Assembly: GCF_009914755.1 (NCBI RefSeq)
Contig: NC_060937.1
Strand: one strand, 5' to 3'
DNA length: 64,000 nucleotides
DNA from: the human T2T-CHM13v2.0 reference genome, Homo sapiens
Shown one piece after another: positions 12,931 to 26,817 of this stretch. Positions within the stretch are counted from its first letter, which is position 1, and each line of letters begins with the position of its first letter. Below the pieces are notes generated by a model. It saw only the letters and a program-made list of their open reading frames with translations. It was not told the origin of the DNA and ran no database searches. The translations under genes and the position numbers were made by a program.

Positions 12931-14379
12931 ACTTTCTCAGAATGTACTAAGATAAATTTCCCAATAAAGCCATTAGGTCATAATGTTTAGGAAAGAAACT
13001 GCAAATAGGAAATCTAATTGAAGGGAAAAAAGAGAAACAAAACAGCTTATTTCTCATGCATCGTATGTTCTAATGCTTAAGACCATTTTGAAATTTCTCA
13101 TAAGTTTTAGTACCTAAACTAAGAAACTGTAATCCATGCTTTATGTAGAATAAAATATAAACACTAATAAGAAAAAGTAAGACTAACTTATAGAGATGAA
13201 TATTTCATACTAATAAATCTTATTTTCTCTTAAGGCATTAATATACCATTTATATCTAAAGTTGGAGATTAAATTTTTTTGTTGATTGTAAAGGTTAAGT
13301 TTTGAAAAAAATCATTATTCAATACATTTTATAAAAGAACATCTGGATACATTCCAAGTTCTCTTCATTACCTAGAATGGCAAGTACTAAATATTGGAAA
13401 AAGGCTAAATACGTGCACTATTTCTCACCAACACATAAATAAAGGAACCTCAGTTTTTCACTGTGCAAAATGTAGATGTCAACATTTAACTAAACAGTTA
13501 TTATGAAAACCATAAATAAGAAGTAAACAACATAAATTATATATTCAGTTAATAACATTTTAATAGTTACAATTATATTATTATTACTATTCATGTTGTC
13601 AGTATTCCAGATAATTCTTATTTGTTGAATGACCCCTAAATTTCTTTAGAACAATGCAATATACAGATAAGCATCCACTTTACATAGATTATCAATAATA
13701 ATCTATATATGGTTTGGGAGTCCGTGGAGAGGAGAGAAGCCTGACAAACATTTGGTGAAGTCGATTTATCAAGTATATTACTGATCTGGTTGGTAAATAT
13801 CTAACTGAATAACTCATTTATTCAACATATCTAACAACTTAATTAGTAAACATACTACATAAATACTAGGTGTTCACTTCATAGTAATATACGGTATCAA
13901 GAATAACATTTCTCACAATGCAATTTGCAAATCAACTACCACAACATAATCAAGAAAGCTTTAAGCATAAGAATAAAGAATCTGCATTTTAAATACCCTG
14001 TGAGGTAACTATTACACTTTAGCTTGTGAAAACCTTTGCCTATTATTTCAAATATTGTAATAATATAATATCTTAATATCATATAGTAAAATAATTAAGC
14101 TGAAATTATGATGTTTTAGTTATTATTTCTTTAAAAGTTATATAGTACACATAAGATGAGAGAATAAGAGAGAGGCTCATGAAAACGATGGCAATAATTC
14201 TAATGTTCTATGTCATTTAATTCTTGCCTTATTTAAGAGTTTTAAAGAGAACTAGTTACACATAATTTTATGTTTTTTTAATTTCACTCCCCATTTTAAA
14301 TATTTGATGAGTTTAAAACCCACATTATTTTTAACTGATTCCACCACAGACTTTTTTTCTTCCAAATAGGTGGGTAACT

Positions 14380-15820
14380 AATCATACAAAACTGTATTAA
14401 TGCACGATTACTCTTTTTGAAGTATATCACAGTCACCAGAAAAAGCAGAAATTCTAACTTGCTAACTTGCCACTCAGATCCAAAAACAGATTATGAGCAA
14501 TATCCCAGTTGTCCTTCCCGTAATCCATACCTTCAAGACCATAGTTTTCACGCCAGAAGGTCATGACTTCTGTCATCATAAATTCATTTTGCGTGTTTCC
14601 AACGTTTTGAATGGAATCATACAGTATGTACTTTTTTTACTTGGCTTATATTGTTCAATATGAAAGATTAATCTATGTTTTTGAAGTAGTAGTTGCTAAT
14701 TTTCCTTCATTTATACATTTTCCATTTTAGGAATATGCTATGATTTACACATCATTCTTCTGTTGATGGAAATTTGAAATACTGATATGGTTGTACAATT
14801 GCAACATAACTATTATCATTTTTCCGTGCAACTTCTGATACATATGTGCATTTGTATCTCAGGCATGTATGTAGGAGTGAAGTTAATGGTCATAGTTTAT
14901 GCATATGTTATTGCATATGTTTATGAATAGTTCATCTTTAATATGGCAAACACTCTTGTAAACAGAATGTACAACTTTACAAATTTATGTTATATTTTAT
15001 ATTACATTCATAATTCTATTTATATTATATTTCACTGAAAATAATAGCTCCATTGTTTCATATCCTAGTCCACACTTGGTAGTGTTAAATGTATTTTTAG
15101 TTTTAGTCATAAATTTTAAATTCAGTAATAATTCATACATTCTATTATGAATGTAGTAGAATCTTTTAGTAACTTAACTGTTTATTATTTTGATGAAATT
15201 TTGATGAAAACAAAAGTTGAATATTTATATGCTTCCTGGGGGGGGCTTTTGAATAACCTCTTCTTGAAATGTCCAAGTAAGTCATTTGTGTGGTATTATT
15301 TCCTATTTTGTCTCTTTTAATTATTTATTTGTTTAAGTTATTTTTCTTAAAATGTTTGCTTAGTTATCATATGTATTCAGGACATCCTTTCTTACATTAC
15401 ATGTATATTTTCACTGTGTTAATGGTATGTTTTGTTTAACAAAAGTTTCTAATTTTAATTTACTCCAATTTATCATTTTTTTCTATACGAATATTGTATT
15501 TATGGTGCGTTTAAGAGTAGTCGACAACTGAAAGTTCAGTAAAATAGTTTCCTTTGTCATGTTCTATCTTTAATTCTTTTTGTCATCAATATTGAGGTCT
15601 AATCCTACATGGAAATAATTTTTGTTCTTATTGAAAAGTACAAAACACACTTTTTTTTCAATAGATATTCAAAGCTAAACATAATCCATCCCTGCTGCTC
15701 CTACCCATCCATGACTTACACCAAGGATCCATATATATGGAATCTTTTAGAGTCTATTTTGCTTCATTAGTCCATTATTCAATTCCTTGGCAAATCTCAG
15801 TCCTAATTTTCATTGCTTCA
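14380..15820 (-). mobile_element. Old L1ME-like LINE; host of later insertions, apparently resuming near 17269-17345 and ~19108-19230
   Basis: aatggaatcatacagtatgta, ctgttgatgga, catatcctagtccacacttggt, aagtttctaattttaat..tccaatttatca. Confidence 0.65.
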
Positions 15821-16525
15821 TTTTTTTTTTATCCTCTATGGCTTTTATTTTAGATCCAGGGGATACACACGCAGGTTTGTTTTATGGATATATTGTGTAA
15901 TACTGAGGTTTGAGGTATGATTGAACACATCACTCAGGAAGTGAGCAGAGTAGCCAATGGGTATTTAATCCTCATTCTTCTTCCCACCCTCCACCCTCAA
16001 GTAGGCCCTGATGTCTGTTGTTTCCTTCTTTGTGTCCATGTGTACTCAATGTTTAGGTCTCCCTTATAAGTGAGAACACCTGGTGTTTGGTTTTCTGTTT
16101 CTGCATTACTTTGCTTAGGATAATGGCCTCAAGATGAATACATGTTGCTGTGAAGGACATGTTTTCCTTTCTATGGCTGCATAGTATTCCATGGTGTATA
16201 TGAACAACACTTTTTAAATCCAATCCACTGCTGATGGGCATCTGTGTTGGTTCCATGTCATTGCTATCATGAATAGTGCTGCAATGAACAGAGCATGTGC
16301 CTTTTTGGTAGAATAATTTATTGTCCTTAGGATATATACTCAGGAATAAAATTCCTGGGTTGAATAGTAGTTTAACTCATGTCTTTGAGAAATCTCCAAA
16401 GTGCTTTCCAAGTGGCTGAACTAATTTACATTCTCACCAACAGTGTACAAGTGTTCCCTTTCCTCCACAACTCCTTCAACATCTGTTTTTTCTTGTTTTG
16501 TTTTGTTTATTCTGTTTTGTTTTGA

Positions 16526-16842
<317 letters not shown>

Positions 16843-17092
16843 TGTTGTTTTGATTTCTATTTCTCTAATGTTAGTGATGTGGAGCTTTTTCCCCATGTTT
16901 TATTGGCTGCTTGTATGTCTTCTTTGAGAAGTGTCTGTTCATGTCCTGTGCCCAGTTTTTAATGGAGTTATTTCTTTTTTCCTGTTGATTTGTTTAAATT
17001 CCTTATAGATCCTGGGTATTAGATCTTTGTCAGGGTCATGGTTTGCAAATATTTTCTCCCATTCTGTGAGTTGTCTGTTTAGTCTGTTGAGA

Positions 17093-17135
<43 letters not shown>
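17093..17135. repeat. (TATC)n microsatellite
   Basis: Seen directly. Confidence 0.95.
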
Positions 17136-17344
17136 ATAAAATTTTTTTTTCTGTGCAGAAAGTCTTTTATTTAGTTAGGTCCCACTTGTCAATTTTTGCT
17201 TTGGTTGCAATTGATTTTAAGGAATAAGCAATAAATTCGTTGCCAAGACCGATGTTGAGAAGGGTTTATACAAATATAGATATATGCAAGGTAATTCCTC
17301 ATCTTTGCCCCTAAGATTATTTGTAATTTTATCACATAAATTTT

Positions 17345-17715
17345 ATTTTATTTTACTTTTTTAAATTTAATTTTAATTGAGAAATAATAATTGTATGTAT
17401 TTATCATGCATACCATGTTTTCAAATATGTACATATTGTATGGCTAATTGAAATATTCAACATATGCATTACTTCACATACTGATCTTTTTTTTGAGGTG
17501 AGAACACTTACAATCTACTCTATTAATGATTTTCAAGTGTGCCATATATTGTTATTAAATATAGTTACCATGTTGTTTAATAGATCTGTTGAACTTATTC
17601 TCCTGTCTAACTGACATTTCGTGTCTTTCAACCAACATTTCCCCTACTTCCACCCTCACCACCACACACCATTTTACTCTGCTTCCATAAACTCAAATTT
17701 CTTAGATTCCACATA
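17345..17715 (-). mobile_element. L1MA-type 3' end
   Basis: aataattgtatgtatttat, catatgcattacttcacata, ggtgagaacactta, ttagattccacata. Confidence 0.8.
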
Positions 17716-18035
17716 TGATATGCTTTGGATATTTGCCCCTCCAGATCTCTTGTTGAAATGTAATCCCCAGTGTTGGAAGTGGGTGGGACAGGGTGGGAGG
17801 TATTTGGGTCATTGGGATGGATCCCTCATTAATGGCTTGCTGCCCTTCCCGTGGTAATGTGTGCCTTCTTGCTATAAGTTCACATAATATCTGGTTGTTT
17901 TAAATATGTGGCACTTCCTCTTCTCTCCTTTGCTCCCACTTTCACCATGTGACATGCTGGTTCCATCACCTTCTGCCATGAGAAAAAGATCTCTGATATT
18001 CTCACCAGAAGCCAAACAGATGTCAGCACCATGCT
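17716..18035 (+). mobile_element. MSTB-like LTR, 3'-truncated
   Basis: tgatatgctttggatatttgcccc..aaatgtaatccccagtgttgga ... tcaccagaagcc..cagatg..caccatgct, then an abrupt switch to L1. Confidence 0.85.
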
Positions 18036-18990
18036 GACATTTTATCTCCTTAGTTAGATATATACCTAAATATTTTATTTTTGTGTGTCTATTGTAAATG
18101 TAATTGTGATCTTGATTTGGCTCTCAGCTTGAACCTAATTGGTATATAAAAATGCCATTGATTAAGTTATGTAGTTTAATCAGTAGCCTTTCTATTCTCA
18201 ATAGCAAAGACATGAAATCAACCTAAATGCCCATCAATAAGAGACTGGATAAAGAAAATGTGCTATATATACACCATGGAATATTATGCAGCCATAAAAA
18301 GAAATGAGATCATGTCCTTTGCAGGGACATGGATGGAGCTGGAAGCCATTATCCTCAGCAAACTAACATAGGAACAGAAAACCAAACATCACATGTTCTC
18401 ACATAAAAGGGAGAGTTGAATAATGAGAACACATGGACACACAGCGGGGAACAACACACACTGGGGCCTGTTGGGGCAGGGTTGGGAGAGAAAGCATCAG
18501 GAAGAATAACTAATGGATGCTGGGCTTAATACCTAGGTGATGGTATGGTCTGTGTAGCAAACCACTATAGTACATGTTTACCTACGTAACAAATCTGCAC
18601 ATCCTGCAGAAGTACCCCTGAACTTAAAATAAAAGTTGAAGCAAAAACAAAAAAAAAAAGAAATGCTATTGATGTTTGTACATTAATTTTGTGTCCTGAA
18701 ACTTTACAAAAGTCATTAATCTGATCCAGGAGATTTTTAACAAAGTCTTTAGGGTTTTCTAGGTATTGAATCATATAATCAGTGACAAAACATAAGTTGA
18801 CTTCTTTTCCTATTGGATGCACTTTGTTTCTTTCTCTTTCCTAATTGCTCTGAGTAGGATTTCCAGTGCTATGTTGAATAAGACTGGAGATAATAAGCAC
18901 TTTTATCTTGTTCTAGTTCTCAGGGGGAATGCTTCCAGCTTTTGCCTATTCAGTATAATGTTGGTTATGGGTTTGTCATAGATGGCTCTC
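18036..18990 (-). mobile_element. L1 ORF2 (RT region) fragment, split by a plus-strand L1
   Basis: ORF 18565..18822 KEVNLCFVTDYMIQYLENPKD..KVSGHKINVQ is a decayed [30 protein letters not shown]. Confidence 0.85.
18163..18660 (+). mobile_element. L1PA (about PA10-13) 3' end, 5'-truncated
   Basis: ORF2 end and 3' UTR (gctgggcttaatacctaggtgatgg), A tail; TSD aaatgccattgat (18150-18162) / aaatgctattgat (18661-18673). Confidence 0.9.
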
Positions 18991-19150
18991 TAATATAAAA
19001 TTATAAAAATTTATACAAGATTTATGAAAATCTTACCTTATACTCCAACTGATTAAAATGAGATATATTTGTTTGTAAGGTTTAATTAAGATTAGCTTTA
19101 ACCTAGAAATTTTAAAATCAGATTGCCATCTTTCTCTCTCTCTGTCTCAT

Positions 19151-19162
19151 ACACACACACCA

Positions 19163-19193
<31 letters not shown>
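19151..19193. repeat. (CA)n microsatellite preceded by (TC)n
   Basis: Seen directly. Confidence 0.9.
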
Positions 19194-19196
<3 letters not shown>

Positions 19197-19234
19197 CACT
19201 CTGAAGTGTTAAGTGGAAATATATTGAATTGTGT

Positions 19235-19665
19235 TACTATCATTCTTTGAGTATTACTTAACTCTCAGATAGGAGATATTCCAGAATCTTCTTGTATTCT
19301 CCATGCCCCAGCCCATAAATCCAACGAGACTTGGTGCCCTTTTGTAGAAAATGGTATTTGAAATCCAGAATATAAACACTAGATTTGCTCAGAGATATTG
19401 GAGGATTATTGTTTGTTTCAGCACTTATGAAACAGATGTCTAAAATGAGAATACATATACACACATGCACACGAACATGCTAAAATCTATCTTTATTTAT
19501 CAACTTACCTATTTTATCATCTACCTATTATTTATCTATCTATCTACTAATCTATCTTAGATGAGATTAGACTTATCCTTCCAAACACTATTAAATGCCA
19601 CATGGTTTACTTTACACTTCTTGTTTTATTAGTGATCTCTTCTGCAACACTGAGAAATCTAGCTC
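19235..19665 (-). mobile_element. Old L1MC/L1ME-like 3' UTR segment
   Basis: gatattccag..tcttgtattctccatgccccagccc, aaatggtatttgaaatccaga, tgagaaatctagctc. Confidence 0.55.
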
Positions 19666-20195
19666 AGTATTGCAGAAGAGAGAACTAATAAAATATCATA
19701 GATACATACTTCTCAAATATGTACTTATATCTTTTTTCAGTTTTCTTGTATACTAACAGCCAACAGTTCAAGTGATCTCTGACTGGCAATGCCCCACTCA
19801 TGACAACACCATCCAAACATGTTCTTCCTCTGTCCCAGCAGCACTCAGCTACAGATTTGATACACACAAAAGCTTCTACTGGTCACATGCCAGTCAGATC
19901 AAGAAATCCCCTCTAGCCTTAATGGTGCCCCACACTAAGGTTACTCCTGATTCTCCTCGTGACAGCAAAAAGATTAAAGAGGTTGAATATTCACTTGCTG
20001 AGAGATGATCACCAACCTTGCAATCCTATATAAGATAGACTTTTAGTTACTATTTTGTCCAGGAGTGTTGCACTGAAATTTTAGATAGATAGATTAGCAT
20101 GTACTTTTTTTTCTTTGAAAAATTTGGTTTCAAGTTTATTCCACTTTTATTAAAGTTAGTCATAGAGTAGTCTTAAGTTATTCCCTGAAAAAAAA

Positions 20196-20196
<1 letters not shown>

Positions 20197-20228
<32 letters not shown>
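20197..20228. repeat. (TG)n microsatellite
   Basis: Seen directly. Confidence 0.95.
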
Positions 20229-20229
<1 letters not shown>

Positions 20230-22009
20230 ATGTGTGTTCTGAATGTGATTTGCAGAGTAGTTGAAGGGACCAGCAAACAGGTGAGCTTGATAATACTATC
20301 AAAAATAGAGAGAGAGAGAAATACAACATTCACATCTATCTGAAATGGAATCAGTTTAACTCTTTACCATAGAGTGACTATGTTTTGTTGAATGAATTTA
20401 AAGAATCTTATTTTTGTGATTATTTATACTAACTGTTCCCAGATTTAGTTAAAAGGTATGGCAGTTTTAAATGCATTAAATAATTTCAATTAGTTTTTGT
20501 GTGTATACTTTGAATGCACAGCTAATATTTTTAAATGCTTTTGGAAGAAAAAATCTATAATATAGAAAATTAGTGAAAACTGAACAACTTGATGATTCAT
20601 TGTGCTCTAACAAACTCCCTTTCAATGGGATCTAAGTAATAAATACAACATACAAAATTTTATTTACATACTTAACTATGGATATAGAAGAAATACTTAA
20701 TATAAGTACATTATATAGTCCACATAATATACATTTTAATATTAACAAATCTTACTATTTTAGATATTGTGGTTATTAGTTGCTAAGGTAAAAATAAGAA
20801 ATATTACACAAATTCAAAAATGATTGTATTTTCAAAAATATACATAATCCTCTCAATATGACGTATTGTATCAGATGAATAAAAGTATCTTTTTTAGAAT
20901 GCATATCTCTTAAATTTCAATGCTCATGAAAATTTTATTAATTTTGATACATATATGCTAAGATGAAATTACTGACGTGTATATTCACATAGTAAAATTT
21001 TGGCTGCCGGTTTCTCAAACTGAAAAAGAGAAAAAAGTGATTTTCCCTTTTTATAAGTCAAATACCTTTTAGGGTTTAGATTGAGATAGTCACTACACTT
21101 GTCAGAGTAACAAAAATATACTAATGTTTAGAAGCTTCTATTCCGGCTTTATTGTTTCTTAGATAGATTGTTTTTACCTAATATAATATATGAATAATAC
21201 AAGTTCAGTTAAAAATGATAGCAATAGAAACTCATAACAAGAAGCACAAAATTTTTGATATTAATAATTTAATGGAGATATAATTTCCTCAGAAACATTA
21301 GTTTTAAAGAGGGAGACAATAAACAAAATTAATTTCTCATCTATAACAAATGTCTCTTATGTGCTACAAATCAGTATATTTGAAATTCAATCTAATAATA
21401 TTTCTATTTTTTTCAATAAAGCATATAACCAAATAACAGAATTAGAATAGTGTTATGAAGTGGCAAATGTTTATGAGCGGATTAGAACTGCAATTCTTTT
21501 TCAGGCTGCCTTTTATTTATTTATTTTTTAAAAGACAAATGTTCCTGCTTTGAAAAAAAATGTAACTTTAATGATGTTTTGTAATAAAGTTTTTTTGAAA
21601 ACATATGACACAGCCTAATTATTTTTGGGTGTACGGATATTTTAACAATTTATATATCAGTACTGGCATATTGCTTTTTAATTAAGTAGAGTGTTAATAT
21701 GTTAGATATGAAATCTTTATTTTTATTTTAATGGGATGCTATTTATAACTGGATTTAGGCATCTGGAAATAATACAAGTATTTCCAAAAGGTTGTAAAAA
21801 ATAAAATTGTTGCATAAATAATACAATAAAACATTCATTTGGAATCATTATTTTATAGCAAACACTAAAATGGTTCAATGTGAATGCACTAAACCCTTTA
21901 TTTTCTAACCACATTTTTATCCAAGAGAAAACTAAACTTTAGAAAAATATTTAAATCTGTTTTTCTTGTCTTTCTTTTTATGTGTGTCTTTCTTTTGTTT
22001 TCGTGTTTT

Positions 22010-22390
22010 AAGATACAAGATTAAGCACAGTACAAAATGAAAAAGGAGACGTTACAACTGAAACCACAGAAAGACGAAACATCATTGGAGGCTAGTATGA
22101 ATATCTCTACGCTCACAAACTAGAAAACCTGCAAGAAATGGATAAATTTCTAGAAGTATAGAACCTCCCAGGATGAACCAGGAAGAAATAGAAATCCTGA
22201 ACAGATCAATAATGAGTAGTGAAATTGAATCAGTTAATTAAAAACTTCCCAGCCAAAAACAATAAAAACAGCCCAGTACCAGATGGATTCACAATCAAAT
22301 TCTACCAGTAGTACAAGGAACTAATACCAATTCTTTGAACTGTTCAAAAACATTGAGGAGGGAATCCTCCCTAACTCATTCCATGAAGCC
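22010..22390 (+). mobile_element. Internal L1 ORF2 fragment (between EN and RT domains)
   Basis: cacaaactagaaaacct..gaaatggataaatttct, ccagatggattcac, gagggaatcctccctaactcatt. Confidence 0.9.
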
Positions 22391-23074
22391 ATTTTCTCAA
22401 ACATATAATGTGTATCTATTATATACTTTTGTGTTATGGCAATAAAAATTAAAATGGTTATGATAAGAACATTTAGTACACCTTTCTCAAACACTACCAT
22501 ATTTCATAATTGAATTTTCTGTTGCTCTGATCATCCGGAGATGAATCAAATGTAGATGGAACAAAAGCTGAATTGGTTTTAAGAGGTAAGGAACGCTCAT
22601 GGTTAATTAGACCATTGGTAAAAGTGCTTTTTTGTCCAGTGCCTTGGCAATAAAAGAACCAAAACCAAAAAAAATCTTTGACAGGCACTAGGTCTTCTTT
22701 ACTTCAGGTTATTAAAATATACCATTGTTTAGAAAATGCCTGAATTAAATCGTTCACCTGGTTGGTCTTTTCTTATACAGTTTTTCAAAAATTTTCAAGT
22801 AATTTTGTAGAAAAGTTTTGGGTTGTGAGTATAGAGATTTTACTGGGATGGGGGTATGAATATTTGCTCAACATTTATAGCAGAGTTTTTAATATAGCAG
22901 AAATAAATTAAATAACTCATTTTTTAATGAGAAAGAAATAACTGGTCAAAAATTTAAGCCAATTGTCAAGGGTGCAATGACATTCTGTGTTTATATCATA
23001 ATCTTAAATTTACAGATTTATCAATATTTTTAAAGCTTTCATTCCTACATAAGGAAGAAAACACTAATTTAATT

Positions 23075-23230
23075 GTTCATGTATTCATTTATTCTTGAAA
23101 GAATTCATTTAGCTAATAAAATATTTATTGGGAGCCAACACCAGGCACTACAAGTAATATGGTGATTAAGACTTCTGTTCTTCCCATTTGTGAAGTTTGC
23201 ATCCTAATGGGTTACAAAGACAATAAATCA
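23075..23230 (-). mobile_element. L2 3' fragment
   Basis: ttcatttattc..aatatttattg..ccaggcact..gacaataaa. Confidence 0.55.
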
Positions 23231-24019
23231 GAACCTTAAGCTGGGGGCATCAGAGAACATACCTGTAAACATTACAATCGATCTTTGAATAAAATTCCCT
23301 TGAAAAGCTGAAACAGCAATTACAAGGAAAAAATAATTAAGAGTTTAGAAGCATGAATGTGCATCCATAATCAGTGTGGCAAAGGCATATGTGGACACAC
23401 CAGTGGATTTTAGTTAAACCTATCACTGTCAGCAGAAATGTAGTTTGGGGCAGTGAAACATATTACTAATACATAAAACACATTAGACTTTTTGTCAGAA
23501 TTTAAAGTATTATAGGTGGAATAAGTCTAATATCACTTTGGTAGATAAAAGTGGAACTAGATATAGGACTAATTTAATAATCAAAGCAAAAATTAATTGA
23601 AGAATGAAAAACATAAGAAACTCGAATGAGTCCAATTTGCCTACTGTCACCAAAATAAACTCCTTCTTTACCTGAATGAAAAAAATATCTAAGCACATCT
23701 ATTTCTCTTGTCTATTTTGCCTCTGGGACACCTCACAAACTACAATAATTACTACTTCTTGTGAACCCTGAGATTCAAAACAGTAGGATATTAATAAAAA
23801 AAACCAACTGTTACAAAAATTTCAGTTGATTTGTTTGATTTTCCCCTTTATATAATTCAAGGAGTCCAATTGTGCAAATCAACTATGAAAAAGAAGAAAT
23901 GAGAGGCAGTCCATATATCCACTTTTTAACTTAGGAACTGATTTAAAATCTTACTACTCATCCTGCTCTGTTTCTCTTTTTTGTTTAGGTTTAAACATAT
24001 AAATAACCCATCTGACCAG

Positions 24020-24280
24020 TTTGTTTTACTGCTATTGAGTTGCTTAAGTTCCTTATAGATTTTGGATATTAACCCCTTATCAGATATGCCATTTGCAAAT
24101 ATTTTTCCCAGTTGAGTTGTCTCTTCACTTTCTTAATTTTTTTCTTTTGCTGTACAGAAGTTTTTTAGTTTGATGCAATCCTATTGTCTATTTTTGATTT
24201 TGTTTCCTGTGCTTTTGGGGTTCTTTCCAAAAAATCATTGCCCATGCCAGTGTTGTGGAGCTTTTCCCCTTTGTTTGCTT
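24020..24280 (-). mobile_element. L1MA-type ORF2 3' fragment
   Basis: ggatattaaccccttatcagat..tttgcaaatattttt..ccaaaaaatcattgccc. Confidence 0.85.
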
Positions 24281-24907
24281 TTTTAATACAACTTTTTATT
24301 TGTATGCATTTAGAAGTACAAACATAGTTGTCTTACATGGATATATTGGGTAGAGGTGAAGTTGAGGCTTTTATTGTCACTATCACCCAAATAGCCTACC
24401 TTGTATCCAATAGGTAATTTTTTATCCCTTGCCCCTGTCCCATCAACACACATCATTCTATTCTGTGTGTTCTTGTATAACCATTGTTTAACTCCCACTT
24501 ATAAGTGAGAATGTGTGGTTTTTCACTTTCTGTTTCTGAGTCATTACACTAAAGATAATGGCCTCCAGTTGCATCCATGTTGCTGAAAAATGTATGGTTT
24601 CTTTTTTACACCAGAGTAATATTCCATGGTTAACATATACCACACTTTTAATCCACTCATCCATTTCTGGACATTTAGGTGGATTCCATAACTATGCTTT
24701 TGTGAATAGTGCTGCAATAAACATATAGGGCAGGTATCTTTATGATAAAATGATTTATTTTCCTTTAGTAAGATACCCAGTAGTGGGATTCCTGGATCAA
24801 AGTGTAATTCTATTTTAAGTTCTATGAAAATTCTGCATAATGTTTTCCATAGAGATCGTGCTAATTCACATTCCCACCAATAGTGTATAAGCATTCCCTT
24901 TTTCCTC
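24281..24907 (-). mobile_element. L1PB4/L1MA1-3-type 3' end
   Basis: ORF 24544..24894 WWECELARSLWKTLCR..KIELHFDPGIPLLGI..TMEYYS matches the ORF2 C-terminus; ctcccacttataagtgagaa. Confidence 0.85.
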
Positions 24908-25169
24908 TTCTAAGTGCTACTTTTCATTTTACATATTGGAAGCTATTCATAATAGGTTCAATTCTGTGATTTGTTTTTATTAATTCTGATTTTACTCTAT
25001 ACTGTTTTATAAGTTTTGGGTTTTAAAATAAAAATATATCATTCAAAATTCAGACTTTTGTAAGGCATATAAAAGTTCATTCATAATATCATTCTTATTG
25101 ACTTTTCTAATATCATCTTCTGCTTCTTCAATTGTAATTTAAATTCAAGTTACAATATACTGTGAGTAG

Positions 25170-25581
25170 TGATATCATTTGGATGTGTGCCCTGTCCAAA
25201 TCTCATGTTGAAATGTAATCTCCAGTGTTGGAGGTGGGCCTAATGGGAGATGTCTGGGTCATGGGGCAGATCCCTTATGGATGGCTTGATATCATGCTCA
25301 TGGTAATGAGTGAGTTATCTCTTTAGTAGTTTACATGAGATCCATTTGTTTAAAAGAGCCTGGCACCACTTTCTCCTGTTCTTGCTCCCTCTCTTGCCAC
25401 ATGGCATGCTAACTTCCTTCACCTTCCGCCATGACTGTAAGCTTCCTGAGTCCTTCACTAGAAGCAGATGTGAGTACTAATATTTGTATATAGCCTGCAG
25501 AACCATGAGCTAAATAAACCTTTTCTTTATAAATTACCCAGCTTCAGGTATTCCTTTATAGCCATGCAAATGGCTAACACA
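25170..25581 (+). mobile_element. MSTB-like solo LTR
   Basis: tgatatcatttggatg..aaatctcatgttgaaatgtaa ... aataaacc..aaattacccagc..ctaacaca. Confidence 0.9.
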
Positions 25582-26098
25582 GTGGTTTCTTCAATTTATT
25601 ATATTGCATGAGGGTTCTTTACACATAAGCAGTTCTGTTTGTGTAAAATATATTTTCATCTTGCCTGCTGCTGGTTTTCAATTATTTATTCTTTCACATA
25701 TCCATTGATTCCAGTAGTTTTTGAGCCTTACTATGTGTTGAACACTCTTCTAGGTATTAGAGATAGCAACAGTTTAAAAAAGCAAGATTTCCTCATTAAA
25801 TTTACAATCTTCCTTTAAAGACTTTTTATCTAAGAATCTATTTCATGAGTCTTGCCTATTCCTCCAACCATGTTGCTCTCACAACACTGCCCAATGTTAA
25901 CATTAATGTAGGTTTACATTGTGCTTACATTAGAGTCACCTTAATATACTGAAGGTGTCATGAGGACAGGAGACATGTTTGAACTATAGACGAGTGTATA
26001 GCATATTATCAGTAGTTAATACTTATTGGTTTAATAAATAATGTGTTTACTTATAACCTATGTTAACAAGCCCTTATATACTGATAATTAAGCAACAC

Positions 26099-26397
26099 TT
26101 TTTTTTTTTTTTTTCATGAGATGGAGTCTTGCTCTGTTGCCCAGGCTGGACTGCAATGGTGCGATCTTGGCTCACTGCAACCTCCGCCTCCTAGGTTCAA
26201 GTAATTCTTCTGCCTCAGCCTCCTGAGTAGCTGGGATTACAGGTGTGTGCTAGCACGCCCAGCTAATTTTTTGTATTTTTAGTAGAGATAGGTTTCCCCA
26301 TGTTGGGCAGGCTGCTCTCGAACTCCTGACCTCATGATCCACCCACCCCGGCCTCCCAAAGTGCCGGGATTACAGGTGTGAGCCACCGCACCCAATC
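26099..26397 (-). mobile_element. AluS
   Basis: Full dimeric Alu with T tail. Confidence 0.95.
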
Positions 26398-26523
26398 ACA
26401 ATATTTTTAAATGCTATATAGCCTTAGTGATATTCTAATTCTTTAATTTTGTCAATCAGAAATATTGACAGCCAGATTGTATCTCTGATTTTCTTTCATG
26501 TTCATAGAGAGTGTGTGTGTGTG

Positions 26524-26817
<294 letters not shown>

